A stretch of DNA of 64,000 bases from Octopus sinensis (lineage: Eukaryota). The position numbers and the translations under genes are program-made. The stretch is taken from the NCBI RefSeq assembly GCF_006345805.1, contig NC_043000.1, forward strand, positions 19,902,001-19,966,000. Direction: 5' to 3'. Numbering within the stretch: the first letter of the stretch is position 1; each line of letters opens with the position of its first letter. The notes beneath the pieces are model-generated. The model was not told the origin of the DNA. It ran no database searches and saw only the letters and a program-made list of their open reading frames with translations. Below, in pieces: positions 39,019 to 52,640 of the stretch.

Positions 39019-41841
39019 TATATGTATGTGTGTGTGTATTTATATATTTATATATACGTTTGCAAACACACACACATACATTTATATACATTTGACCATA
39101 TTTTGCACTTCAGTACAGTTTCACTACTCTAGCAACCTTTGGACTTGTGTAATGCAAGATTAACAAGTATGCTGGTATATTGTAACACTGTCTTCAACTC
39201 CCTTCATATCTACTTGCTCCTTTTCACCAGACTAATTCAGTTTAGAAACACCATGTCATATTTTAACAATTCTATACTATCCACCTACAAACATACAATT
39301 CTCCATAAAACCCGTATTTTTATGTAATTGGTATTTTTAATGACCACTGGCCCTGAAATCCATGTACTCTTGGAACCCTTTACATTAAACCACTTAAATA
39401 ACACAGCATCTAGTTCTGAAAGTTTTGACATATTTTTAATGTTTATTATACATCAAAACCTTTACTTGTTTCAGAATCAGCTGTAGATTGCAATAGTTCC
39501 CAGTTTTCAGGTATTATTTCAATTACCAGATGCTATGTGAGAGTTGCATGCTTTCTTTTCACAGATTTCCCAAATCTGTTACTCTAATTACCCCTGGAAG
39601 GCATATTCAAAAATGGGTGGATAGGCACAGACATGGCCCTGCAGATCAGAAACTTGCTTCTCAATCATGTGGTTTTGCATTCAGTCCCTCTGTACAGCAC
39701 CTTGAGCAAGTGTCTTCCACTATAGCCCTGAGCTAACAAAAGCTTTGTGAGTGGACTTCGTAAACAGAAAGTCAAAGCTCATCATATGTGTGTGTGTGTG
39801 TGTGTGTGTGACAGAGAGAAAAAGAGAGAGAGAAAGAGGGCATGGCTGTGTGGTTAGGGAGCTTGCTTCCTAGTTACATGGTTTCGGGTTCAGTCCCACT
39901 GCGTGGCACTTTGGGCAGGTGTCTTCTACAATAGCCCCGAGCCGACCGAAGCTTTGTGATTGAATTTGGTAGGCGGAAGTTACTGCTGTGTGTGTATATG
40001 TGTGTGTAGGTGCTCAGTGCCTCTCCAAAAGAGAGAGAGGGTAGATGTATGTATCTGTGTGTGTGTATGTTTGTGTCTACCCTTGTCCTGACATTTTGTG
40101 ATGGCTGTAAATGAGCTCAGTGTCATAAATATGACAGCATTCATTTCTAGTCTTCCATGAAAAATATGTCTAGCTATGGGAAAATATCACCTCACTTAGA
40201 AACAAGTAGGGATTGGTGACAGGAAGAGCATCCAAACATAGAAAATCTGCTCAACAAATTCTGATGCATGCAAGCATGGTAAAGTAGATGTCATATGATG
40301 ATGATGAACAATATATAAGCAGCAGATACAGAACACTTAGGTACTAACCACTGCTCTTTTCAACTTGAATGTAAACTGAGGAAGTGATGTCAGCAACTAG
40401 TGACAAATTTTGATGAAATCCAAAAAAGTGCTGGGCATTCAGATCTACTGGACTGGTGGATACTAGATTAATGGAATTCTACTGTTATATTTGCATATGT
40501 GTTCATTAATTGGCTATATTTATTATTTGATATTTTACATACAGTTGCACTACAAGACACTACCTTCATTAGCTGTTGAGCAGAAATCAGAATGATTTCA
40601 GCACCTATCAACAGGATCACTCCCTCCAGCAGTGCCAATGTCCAGTTTCATTTAACCCATGTTTCTCATTCTGTTAGCCATGTGACCACTGCACCACACC
40701 AAACAGCAATTATCTTGTTTTCCTATTCACTGAGGATTTATTCTTTCCTCTCACCTTTAGTCTTTCTTTGATATATCTTTGCAACATCTATGACAAAGCA
40801 TGCTCTGCTTCCCTCTACAACAGTTTGTGTATCATAGGGAACTGATCCAAATGTATTTACTAAGTTAAACCAGACAACCTAAAGGGTTTTTCTCCCCATC
40901 TTAGCATACTGAATGGTGCTCCAAATTACATAGGCAGTACTCTAGGCAGCTCGGGAATCCCAGCATACTGACTTTCTAAACTACTGTACAACTATTATAT
41001 GTACATATGTGATCAGCATTTGTATAGTTAAATACTCTATCTACATAGGCAATTGGCATTTGAGTGTATTTTGTGCTATTAACAAATAAAGTCAACATTA
41101 GCTAAAAGAAACTGTGATGTCATGACATATTAACTAAAGCAGCACTATCTACTTAATATCCAAATAACTTGCTAAAAAAGCAAAAATTTATGAAAATGGC
41201 AAATATAAATTATAATGTTGTATCTGTCCTATGGTAAGGCACTTAACACCTTTAGTATATAAGATACAAACCCTTTGCCCTTCAGTCAATACTATGCTTC
41301 ATAATCCACTTGACCAATGTCTAATAAGGAAAGTAGGGGGTCTATATATGTAGTGTGAGTGTGGTGTATGTGTATGTATGTCTGGGAGTATATGTATAAG
41401 TGTTTGTGTGCATGTGAGTGTGTGTGTGTGTAAATGGGCTAAGCTGTATTTGCCAAATGAAAATAATTTATTATGTTTATGGCAGTTCAGTTAGTGATAA
41501 GAAACATAAAACTGGGCCAAGACATACTTGAACACTTGAACCCACATGTTACATCTTAGAGCAGTAGCTAATTTATGAACTCTCCAATTTGGGATTTCTA
41601 AAGACAGCATTGAAAATAAATATGGATGAAATATTAATACCAGCTTACCAGTCACTCGTTGATTTATCTCTCTCTCTGCCTTTCTTTTTATCACTTTTTA
41701 GACACACTATCTCACATGTTCACAATATCTTTGTGTATGTTGAGTGAGAGTGTGTATGTGCACATGCGTGTGTTTGTATGAGTGTACATGTACATATATT
41801 TATATCCATATGTGTCTGGGTGTGCGTATATATACATATAG

Positions 41842-41895
<54 letters not shown>

Positions 41896-41927
41896 AAATA
41901 GATAGATAAAGAGATATGGGCGGTTTG

Positions 41928-42072
41928 TGGGGTTACCCTGGGTTTCATGTCCATAAAGTGCTCAGCTTTACAGCATTTCTTTAAACTCTAAAACCTGTAG
42001 GCCAGATTCTAGGATCTGAAGAAACACTGTAAAACTGAGCATTTTATGGACATGAAACCCAGGGTAACCCCA
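41928..42072. repeat. Foldback (MITE-like) element with arms of about 54 bp
   Basis: TGGGGTTACCCTGGGTTTCATGTCC(C)ATAAA... at 41928 and its reverse complement ending at 42072. Confidence 0.9.
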
Positions 42073-42117
42073 TATACCTATCTATATATTCTACTGCTCC
42101 CTAACTAGATAGATATA

Positions 42118-42443
42118 AAAAGGAGCACTGTCAGTTACAACAACGAGAGTCCCAGCTGATACGATGCACAGAACAGCTTGCTCGTGTAATTTAGATACAA
42201 GTGGCTGAGCACTCCACAGACACATGCACCCTTAATGTAGTTCTCAGGGAGATTCAGCATGACACAAAGTGTGACAAGGCTGGCCCTTTCAAATACAAGA
42301 ACCACCCAATTTTGCCAGCTGAGTGAACTAGAGCAAAGTGAAATAAAGTGTCTTGCTCAAGGACACAACACATCACCGGGAATTGAACTCACGACCTTAC
42401 GATCATGAGCCGAATGCCCTAACCACTAAGCCACACGCCTTCA
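42118..42443 (-). mobile_element. tRNA-derived SINE, family C-related head with a different body and tail
   Basis: Head and CTTGAGCAAGACACTTTATTTCAC...CACTCAGCTGGCAAAA are shared with 22978..23233. Confidence 0.75.
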
Positions 42444-42448
42444 CTATA

Positions 42449-42651
42449 CAAGGTGTCCCAAAAGCCATTCTGGTTTCCATTTAAAATAATTAAAGCATTT
42501 TATTTTATTACATTTTTTCTGCATGTTTTATTGTAGAGGGTGCTCAATTTGAGCATTTGTTACTATTTAATTTCAATAAAGTGGTTTTGAAATCAATAAG
42601 AGTGTATTCTTTTAAAAAACCAAGGTGGTGTGCAACTTCTGGGACACCCTG
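42449..42651. mobile_element. Tc1-type MITE (203 bp)
   Basis: CAAGGTGTCCCAAAAG / CTTCTGGGACACCCTG with TA flanks. Confidence 0.8.
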
Positions 42652-42918
42652 TATATATATATAACACACATTAACAGAAACCTTAATCGCCTGAAAAATG
42701 CCAGTTAAGAATTCCTAATACTGACATCAGTTTCAGCAATTTCTGTTGCCTCATCAGTTAAGACTGGCTTGAACTTCAGCTCTTTTCAGACTCGCTTCTC
42801 TATTAGTATATATGTTTTCATCATCCAAATTAATGGATGATTTAGCGATTTGCTAATGTGTATACATCAAATTAATATAAACAGCAGCTTGCAATGTTTC
42901 ACCAAAAAGAAGTATAGC

Positions 42919-43160
42919 TGTGACTAAATGTGATTAGGGTGTTAGAAACACTTACATTACTAGAAATAAGAGCTAAAATGCTCTAATGCTGTAGTCAACA
43001 TACATAAATGTAAACATATACACTAACAGGAACAGGCATTTTTCATATGGTTAAGGTCCCTGTTAGTGTATACGTTTACACTTATGTGTATTGACTACAG
43101 CATTAGCTCTTATTTCTAGCAATGTAGGTGTATCTAACACCCTAGTTACATTTAGTGACA
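42919..43160. repeat. Long foldback element with arms of about 105 bp and a loop of about 28 nt
   Basis: 42919..43030 is the near-perfect reverse complement of 43059..43160. Confidence 0.9.
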
Positions 43161-43233
43161 ATTATAATTCTCCTTTTTGGTGAAACATTGCAAACTGCTG
43201 TTTATGTTAATTATATATATTTATATATATATA

Positions 43234-43267
<34 letters not shown>

Positions 43268-44870
43268 CAGTACATACATACATGTCATCATCATCATTTT
43301 AACATCTGCTTTTCCATGAGTAATGCTTTTTAGCATGAGCCACACAGAATTCATTTAGACAGATTTTTCTATAGCCAGCAGCCCTTCCTGTTTCCAAGCA
43401 AGGTAATATTTCTCCATAACCTAATATATTTTCACAAAAGACTGGAAATGAATGGCATCACTTGAATGACAGTGACACTCCTTTACAACTATCACATGAT
43501 GCCATAACACGAATATACACACATGCATAAATACATATATATGATGGCACCTTTCAATTTCCATCTCCAAATCCACTCACAAGGCTTTGGTAAACTCAGG
43601 GCTATAATCTTCCACAATAGCCTTGGCTGACCAAAGCCTTGTAAGTGGAATTGATGTTCTAGTAATCTGATGAGCTAGCTTTCTTTATCTGCACTGATTT
43701 CTAAATAAATGGCAAGGAATATAGTTGATGGCTCTTATCAACTATATTACTTGTATTTAATTTATCATCCCTAGATGCTTATCTGAAAAATCTATCTTGA
43801 GAGGATTTAAACTTTGAGTACACAAATATAAGACTAGATATTGTACTGCATTTATTCTGGTGCCTTATCATTTCTGCTAACTATGGAGCAGTGGTAATGA
43901 ATGAGCCAATAGAAAGCTACAGAATAATTTATGAATTCCAGAGACTAATCTGAGATTGTTCTGAGCTTGAATCACATCAAAGTTGACATTTACCTACCAA
44001 GTGTTAATAAATAAAATATATACTACCTATACATTAAAGTTGTAATCATAGCTTAGAATTAAATACACTCTACTCCCTACACAAACTACCTAACACTAAA
44101 TTACAGGAAATTATTATCATATCATTATTACATTTATGTATTTGTTTTACAAGATTCTTGATTTGAAATCATGTGTTGAACAGATATCGTTATATTAGGG
44201 GATGGTCATTTTCTGGGGGTTTTTTTGTCCTGCCAAATAACTACATGCACTATGTATTCATTCTTCACTTCAGCTTTATTATTATTCTTATTTTAGTGCC
44301 CTTTGTCTGAAATCCTTTGTCACACATCCTATGACCTCTTCAGTGACTCTCCCTCTCATGTGTATCTTCCTGTTCTCATCCCATGTGTCTTCTCCTGTTC
44401 TCAGGAGTACAATATTATCATGTCATTCTTATTTAAAAAGACTTGATCTTTGCACTGAAGACTACTGCAACAACACATCCTTTTCCAGTTAACCTGGTAT
44501 TGCACCACCAAGTCGAACAGAAACAGATTTAGATCTCCAGTCTTGAACAGTGAACACAGCACAGGGAAAGTTCTCCACTACTTTAATTTCATACAGTTTC
44601 TGTACCTCATAAAATATTTAATTTAAAAAACAGTTTTTATTTTGCTTTTAAATTTTGTACTAACTTCAGTGAGATTTGAACCAAGAATGTAAAGAGAAAC
44701 AACTAAATATTGCAATGGTATAATGTTGCTGCCATCCACTGCCCATGAAATGAACAACATATTCATTACAATAACATGTTTTGTACAGTTCTTGTCAGTG
44801 TGTGTGTGTTGCTATTTTCTATTTCAAATTAGTATTTATAATATTGAAAAATAAATTTTATATAAATTAA

Positions 44871-45401
44871 TCCTTTAGCATTTAACTGATCTTATGCGGC
44901 CCGAATATTCTACCTGTTTTATGTTGAACAATGGCCAGGCCCAAACTCTCACACCTACCCTACAATGTCATTCTAAAAGTAAACAGTCACATCTTCAAAA
45001 TCTTGAAGCTACACGATAACACATGATCAATTTTTAAAAATGTGGATAATAAGCATTGTTTGTTCCTTCTCAAGCTATGCCCGGCTCATAGGGCCGGTTT
45101 CCCGGTTTCCTTGGCATATAGGTTCCCACCTGGACGGGACGCCAGTCCATCGCAGGTGCATTGCAAGATGCAAGAGGAAAGAGTGAGAGAAAGTTGTGGC
45201 GAAAGAGTCAGCAGAAGTTCGCCATTACCTTCTGCTGGAGTCGCATGGAGCTTAGGTGTTTCACTCATAAACACACATTGCCCAGTCTGAGATTCAAACC
45301 CATAATCCCTCAACCGCGAGTCGGCTGCTCTAACCACTAGGCCATGTGCCTTCACGAATAATAAGCATTACATTTGATGAATTAATTTGAATGCTAAAGG
45401 G
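44871..45401. mobile_element. piggyBac-like MITE interrupted by a SINE
   Basis: TTAA flanks; (T)CCTTTAGCATT / AATGCTAAAGGG termini. Confidence 0.8.
45058..45357 (-). mobile_element. tRNA-derived SINE, family D (V-domain-like core), 12-bp TSD ATAATAAGCATT
   Basis: TSD at 45046..45057 and 45358..45369; GATGGACTGGCGTCCCGTCCAGG core. Confidence 0.88.
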
Positions 45402-45414
45402 TTAAGACAGAATA

Positions 45415-45646
45415 AGGCGGCGAGCTGGCAGAATCGTTAGCACGCCGGGTGAAATGCTCAGCGGTATTTCGTCCGCCGCTACGTTCTGAGTTCAACTTCC
45501 GCCGAGGTCGACTTTGCGTTTCATCCTTTCGGGGTCGATTAAATAAGTAACAGTTACACACTGGGGTCGATATAATCGACTTAATCCGTTTGTCTGTCCT
45601 TGTTTGTCCTCTCTATGTTTAGCCCCTTGTGGTTAGTAAAGAAATA
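45415..45646 (+). mobile_element. tRNA-derived SINE, family B (young), 15-bp TSD GGTTAAGACAGAATA
   Basis: TSD at 45400..45414 and 45647..45661; A-box-like and B-box-like head. Confidence 0.9.
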
Positions 45647-47884
45647 GGTTAAGACAGAATACCAGCATTGTAATAAAGAGCCCAAGGGTATACAATACTA
45701 ATACTAATACAAAGTATTATACAATACTAACACAAAGTCAGGGAGCTCAAGCATTCCAGCAGTCATCATATGACACTCTAGATAAGATGTGTGATTCTGC
45801 ATCACCTTATCTAATAAAGAACAGGTACCACCAGTTTCACTTCACTCTTGTATTGACAATTGTAAGAAAGGACATCCAGGTGTAAAATAATAGTTACTCT
45901 TAAAAACTCAAATGTAAGTTTTCAGAAATGCTTTCGGTTACAGTAAATTAACATAAAATTAATATAAGACAATTTAGAATTTTACCAGATTATCAAGAGG
46001 AGAAATTATTATTTTATTTAGATAAGCAGAGTGTTAGGAAAGGCATCCAACCATAGAAACCATGCTAAATCAGACTGAAACCTGGTGCAGCTCTCCAGCT
46101 TTCCAGTTCCAGTCAAACAATCTGACCCATGTCAGCACAGAAAGTAGACATTAGATGATGATGACGATGATGATGATAATGAAGTTAATCATAAAATAAA
46201 TTACTTTCTCGGAGTGGAAATTCTATTTCCAATCTCACCAGATATATGCATTTATATAGGTCATATAGGTCATTTATATTTGCATCTACCTCTTAGTGAA
46301 AGCAACATAAAATATATCTTGCTTTTTCAATTGCTTTCTTTATTTGCTAGTATTTAGAGTGATGACAAGAATGAAGAGTTTCTCTACAAATACAGCCTGT
46401 TTTATTATTTTGACACACTATTCACTAGACAGCTTTCATTTGAGACGGCTTTCAGTAAACACGGAGAAGGGTTTACAAAAAACACTGAAATATTAGTCAC
46501 AACCACCTCAAAAAATACACACCCACACAAGCAGTTACTAAAAACATCAGGTCACATCTGCTGGATAGCCTGCACCATTATACCATAACATACTACATAT
46601 TCAGGGCTTCGGGGGGGGGGGGGGTTCACGTTTTGGAAGTGAGTGTATTGTAAGAATAACAACAGTACAAAAGGAAAGGAGAGTATTTTGCACAGTGCAG
46701 TGAATTCCATACTCATGTGGAACACTTCAGGTACATGTGAAACTGCTCATACATATGTAGAACATTTCATGAACAAGTGGAAGGACCAGATTTCTCTTCA
46801 TTTTCATACTGGAGGGAAGATTATTTAGTTCACATATTCACTAAGATTGCACTTGATTTCTTTTAACAGGCCAACAGGCCACAGATTTACAGGGAAGGTG
46901 AAATAGGTAAAGATCTAAATATCATAATGCTGGAGACTTTGTATTTTATTATTTATTTTCATTTTTGTAGGCTTTTTTTTTCTTCTGTAATAATGAAATT
47001 AGGCTTTTGGGACAGCTTATATGGATGAAACATCTGTTCCCTCTTATAGATAATATTACCATATCTTTTATATATACTCTTCCACGCTTCATCAACACTC
47101 AATACATTTGGTATGGTTTTATTTGTGGCTTGATACAAATTATCACAGTTGTTTACAATCATAGAAAATATATTTGATGACAATAATAAAGACTAGGATG
47201 ATGATGATGATGATGATGATTATTATAATAACAAGATTTAGAACATCAGTACCACATGGCAGGAGAATAAACAAAGCAGCCAGCTAAACCATATGCACAA
47301 GTGTTCTTCATTTTGCATAGAAATATTACAGCAAACATCATTTTGAGACCAGAGGTTAACCATGTAATAAGAGGAGAAACTTAATGCCCTGTTCCATTAT
47401 GGAATCATGATAAGTATTAAGATAATATGGGGAGGTTCAGTGACGGCAAATAAAGACAATACTAATGTAAATTTTATGGAGTTACAGCAAAAAGAATCAG
47501 CAAAATCAACACCAACATTGTCATTCCCATTTAACCACCTGTTTTTCCATGCACGTATGAGTTAGATGTGCTTCAAGGCTACATTTATCGCCAGGGAAAA
47601 GAGGTCCATAACATATGGTGTACAGTAAGCTTTTATGGCTAAATGCCCTTCATGGACAAATACTTGTCAATCCATAATCATTTCATTAAAGCACTCAAGA
47701 GAAACACTATACATTGTCAATTCCAACAAAAATTCCCAACTGCATTATTTCGTTTATTTTTTTAATGTATTAATCTCTTTATGTACATTTACTACTCCAT
47801 TTTCTATTATCAATGCATTTATTTATTTATTTATTTATTTATTTATTATTATTATTATTATTACTATTATTATTATTATTATTA

Positions 47885-48085
47885 AAGTGGCAAGCTGGCT
47901 GAATCATTGACACACCAGGCAAAATGCTTAGCAGCATTTCATCTATCTTCACATTCTGAGTTCAAATTCCGTTGGGGTCAACTTTGCCTTTCATCCTTTC
48001 GGGGTTGATAAAATAAGCGCTAGTTGGGGTTGATATAATCAATTTACCCACCCCCCTGAAATTGCTGATCCTGTGCCAAAATTTG
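47885..48085 (+). mobile_element. tRNA-derived SINE, family B
   Basis: Colinear with 45415..45646. Confidence 0.75.
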
Positions 48086-48089
48086 AAGT

Positions 48090-48091
48090 AA

Positions 48092-48122
<31 letters not shown>

Positions 48123-48176
48123 TGCTGTTGTTGTTACTGCTGCTGCTGCTGCTGCTACTGCTGTTGTTGTTGTTGT
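48090..48176. repeat. Compound trinucleotide repeat (TAG)n-(TTG)n-(CTG)n-(TTG)n
   Basis: Directly visible. Confidence 0.95.
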
Positions 48177-48659
48177 ATAAATGCTCTACATTGAAACTTA
48201 GCAGACTGCCTTCAAAGTATATACATATACATCACTGTGAACTTCATTGATTTAATGTATCTTTTTGCCATACTACAATATGCTGAACAGTAAAAGCAAT
48301 ATAGAATCTTACTTCTCTCATAATTTTTTATTCTTTTATCATATTTTGGAAGTGTGACTTTCTTAAACCATCCCCCAGCTACTTCACTTCAAGTTGTCCT
48401 CTGTCTATTTCTACTTCATTTAGCTTATGGATTTTTTTCACATCTACCATGTGGCGGATTAAATCGCCATTAAAATACATGTCATTATGAAAACAAACAT
48501 CTGTTGTCTGATGGAGGATGGGAGCTTATATATATGTATGTATGTATATATCTTTCTTTTTTTTAAATTCATTTGAGTTTCACCTAGCTTTCAACTTTAC
48601 ACTGCATATTCATTTGATCATACTCAACTAGTTTTTTTTCCCACAGTCAAAATCCAGGA

Positions 48660-49287
48660 CTGCCATATGCCCTGTGACAGCTGGATGATAGTGAGACATG
48701 GGCCCTGAATGCAGAGAATGTGCAAAGGCTGGATAGGAATGAAGCTAGTGTGTTCTGTGGATGTGTGACGTCAGTGAGAGAGAAGAGAGGCATAAGAGGA
48801 ATTATATGCAGTGTGCAAGAGAGGAGATTATGCTGGTTTGGTCATGTGATGCAGATGGATGAGGACAGTTGCATAAAGAAGTGCCGATCACTTAAAGAGG
48901 AGGGAAGTTGTGGAAGAGAGAACCCACGAAGACATGGGATGAAATATTGAAGGCTGGCCTCAAAATGTTGAGCCTTATGAAGGATATAACAGAGGACCAA
49001 GATATGTGGCACATCGCTGTACTTAACAAGACCCACCCAGCACAACAGAATTGAGATGCTAACCAAAGTACTATGTAAAAAGCATTGGTGTGGGTGCTGG
49101 TGCCATGTAAAAAAACACCCAGAACACTATAAAGTGGTTGGCATTAGGAAGGGCATCCAGCCATAGAAACCAAGCCAAAACAGACTATGGAACCTGGTGC
49201 AATCCCTGGCCTTGACAGTTCCTGTCAAGTCATCCAACCCATGCCAGCATGGAAAACAGACATTAAATGTTGACGATGATGATGATT
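48660..49287 (+). mobile_element. RTE-1 ORF2 C-terminus plus 3' UTR and (GAT)n tail
   Basis: QRLDRNEASV...VQERRLCWFGHVMQMDEDSCIKKC (ORF 48720..48950). Confidence 0.85.
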
Positions 49288-49769
49288 TCAATACATGCAG
49301 CATCACACCACTGATACATAGCATCAACAGTCACTACAAACATTCTACTTTCAATGCCCATACCTTACACAACTTGTATTTTCACCAAACAATCTCTTCA
49401 ACCACTACACATTATCTATTTATTCTACCATACAACAGCATGTAACCGATGTTTACATTTACTTACACCTAACTTTGCCAAATTCCCAAAATCTGAAAGC
49501 AGGGCAAAATTATAACAATTTTAAAGCGAAGCAACATCATACAGACCTATCCCCCTCCGAAGCATATTCTCTAACATTCCTGAAACTCTGATATTTGACA
49601 TTTTGATCCATGTATCACCCTCTCCAAATCATAACACACATTCAGACTACCCCAAATCACCACTTTACTTGCAAACCTCACTCTGAAAAATATATGACAG
49701 CTCCTGCACAAAACATTGGCTAGAGAAATCACCTACCTGATTTTCTATGGTTTGCACATACATATAGAT

Positions 49770-49887
49770 ATACATACCTATGTATGTGTGTATGTATGTA
49801 TGTATGTAGTATGTATGTATGTATGTATGTATGTATGTATGTATGTATGTATGTATGTACGTACGTACGTATGTATGTATGTATGTA

Positions 49888-49922
<35 letters not shown>

Positions 49923-50030
49923 ATGTATGTATGTATGTATGTATGTATGTATGTACGTATGTATGTATGCACACACACATATTTACATACATACATACAC
50001 ACACAGGTGTGTCGGTATGTATATATTTAT
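49770..50030. repeat. (TATG)n/(TG)n microsatellite
   Basis: Directly visible. Confidence 0.95.
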
Positions 50031-51111
50031 ACACATATGCAACACTCCAGAGCACCAGAGCACTAATACAACAACATCCAAGAAACTATTTCTCCCACTA
50101 AGCCCAGACAAGCATAAGGAACACACCCACACAGAAATAATTGCAACATCAATAACTCAACTGGGATGCACACCACCAATAAGTGCAGCATAACAATAAC
50201 TGTTGCATTCTGACCATGTCCACAATGCCCGCTTCCACTATGGTCACCATCAGGATCTACAAGTGGATGGGAATAGACAGGAGAGCAGAGAGACTGTTGT
50301 GGTGCACCCCATACTAAATGTTGGAGTGTGTAGTATGACTCTCAGTTAGGTGGAGACATGGTATAACTTGGAAAGGTCCGTATAACAGGGACAATTCATA
50401 TAACTTTGAAGATGTGGGTCATGTCTCATCGTTCAGCAACTACCTGCATGCAATCTGCTTTAATCAAGGCTGATCTAGAGCAACACAGCAACAATTCTGA
50501 CATATACACTCTACAGTCTCTCCAGTTACTACAGAACCTCTACCCTCACTGCCATACCACACAGTCTCTCCCGTCACTGCAGGTCTTCTGTCTACTCTAC
50601 TATATAACAACACACCAGACATAAACAACATACAGTTTCCCCAGTCGCTACAGATTCTCTACACATTTTTATTCACTCACACACACACAAACACACACAC
50701 ACCATACAGTCACTACATGCCCTTTATGTGTACTGTCATATAACACTACATTATTTACATATATACTATACAGTCTGTCTAGCCACTACAGGCCATCTAC
50801 CTTCACTCCTATAGACCACACACTGTCATCTCTTCACAAGTCAAGTTTCATAACCACAGATTATCATATTTATGACATATATATAAATCCAACTTTGATA
50901 AAAAAAAAGAAAGAATTCATTGTAAAGTTATCACAGACATAGAACATCATATTTATAACACACGTAATATACACAATCTATTTTTGATAATAAGAGAAAG
51001 AATCCATTTGTTAAGAGAAGCACAGTAACTGCTGCGCACTCAGGTAAATGGTAAGCAACAAGTGTTTGGCTTATACAGCAAATTTAAAATAAATAGTAAG
51101 CAATTACTTAC

Positions 51112-51175
51112 AATAGCTTCAGCAATAAGAAGTAACAAAAGGGCTTCCTCATTCTCATTTGCTGGTGTAAATAGC
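51112..51175 (-). CDS. TTC7: TTC7 internal exon (64 nt): (K)LFTPANENEEALLLLLIAEAI
   Basis: Acceptor tttaattatag, donor ATT/gtaagt. Resembles TTC7B IFCPQENTEEALLLLLISESM. Confidence 0.93.
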
Positions 51176-51600
51176 CTATAATTAAAGAGAAATACTTCTG
51201 AGATTAAAATAGACTGTGATTATTTGCTTACATGTTTGTATCTATGTGTGTAATGTGTGTATTAGTTAGTATAGTCCAAAATTTTTGGCAAACATTTTAG
51301 ATAAGTGCAACAATTAATCAACGTAGTACATGTCTTAAAGAGACATTCAACTCAATTTGTCAGAGATTACAGAGTTCATGTTTATTTAAGAAATATCTTC
51401 TTGTTTTCGCAATCCTAAAACGTTATTGCCTCTTAGGAAGCATTTTGTTTTTTCACTGCCTCTACATTTGTTTTTCCATATTAATAAAGTCCTTAGGGTT
51501 ATGAATTAGCAGAAAAGACAGTATTCAACTAAAGCCTTACAGTATTTAGTTATATCACTTCCCGTGACTTTGCTTCACATCAGGTTCAATAAAATAAGTA

Positions 51601-52000
51601 CTCTTTTACTCTTTTCAGTCATTTGACTGCAGCCATGCTGGAGCACTGCCTTTAATTGAGCAACTCGACCCCGGGACTTATTCTTTTTGTAAGCCCAGTA
51701 CTTATTCTATCGGTCTCTTTTGCCGAACCGCTAAGTAACGGGGACGTAAACACACCAGCATCAGTTGTCAAGCAATGCTAGGGGGACAAACACAGACACA
51801 CAAACACACACACGCATATATACATATACATATATACGACGGGCTTCTTTCAGTTTCCGTCTACCAAATCCACTCACAAGGCTTTGGTTGGCCCGAAGCT
51901 ATAGTAGAAGACACTTGCCCAAGGTGCCACGCAGTGGGACTGAACCTGGAACCATGTGGTTGGTAAACAAGCTACTTACCACACAGCCACTCCTGCGCCT
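51601..52000 (-). mobile_element. Well-preserved full-length family A tRNA-derived SINE
   Basis: Minus-strand head AGGCGCAGGAGTGGCTGTGTGGTAAG...GGTTCAGTCCC; CpGs retained; many decayed relatives in the window. Confidence 0.9.
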
Positions 52001-52424
52001 ATAGAACAGTCAAATTAATCACCTTTACTCTTCCCCAGTTAATAAGTAGTTTTCTGTTACTGTGGACAGATAGTTCTCCATCTGTTCTACAATGAAGATT
52101 CAGTTGTTCAGTTAACTGAATTATCTGCTCCTAAATTAACATTTCAGTGGCTGAGTATTCCACAGATATATGTATCCTTAGTGTAATTCTTAGGCAGAAT
52201 CACTCAAACATAGCTTGTAACAAGGCTGTACCTTCTGGATTCCGAATACAATCCATCCAACAAACTTCTAAACAGTTTCTGTCAACCCTATTTCACTCAC
52301 AAGATATGGGTCAAACCAAAGCTATAAAAAATTACATTTGCTCAAGATGCTATACAGTGGCACTCAGAACCTCATAATTGTGAAGCAACCCTCTAAATCA
52401 TTCAGCTATAATGCACCAATAAAC

Positions 52425-52640
52425 TGTAAAACCGGTTTCAAATTTTGGCACAAGGCCAACAGTTTTGGAGGAGAAGGTAAGTCAATTACATCAACCCCGT
52501 GTTCAACTGGTACTTATTTTATCAACCCTGAAAAGATGAAAGGCAAAATCAACCTCGTTGGAATTTGAACTCAGAACATAAAATTTTTTTAAATGCTGCT
52601 GAGCATTTTTTTCTGATGCAGTGACAATTCTGCCAACTCA
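52425..52640 (-). mobile_element. tRNA-derived SINE, family B (decayed)
   Basis: GATGAAAGGCAAAATCAACCTCG..GGAATTTGAACTCAGAAC core. Confidence 0.7.

Noticed and set aside
46959-47183. 74-aa ORF with LSVDE reminiscent of a piggyBac catalytic motif
   Set aside because: The surrounding residues do not fit, and there are no TIRs or other transposase motifs.
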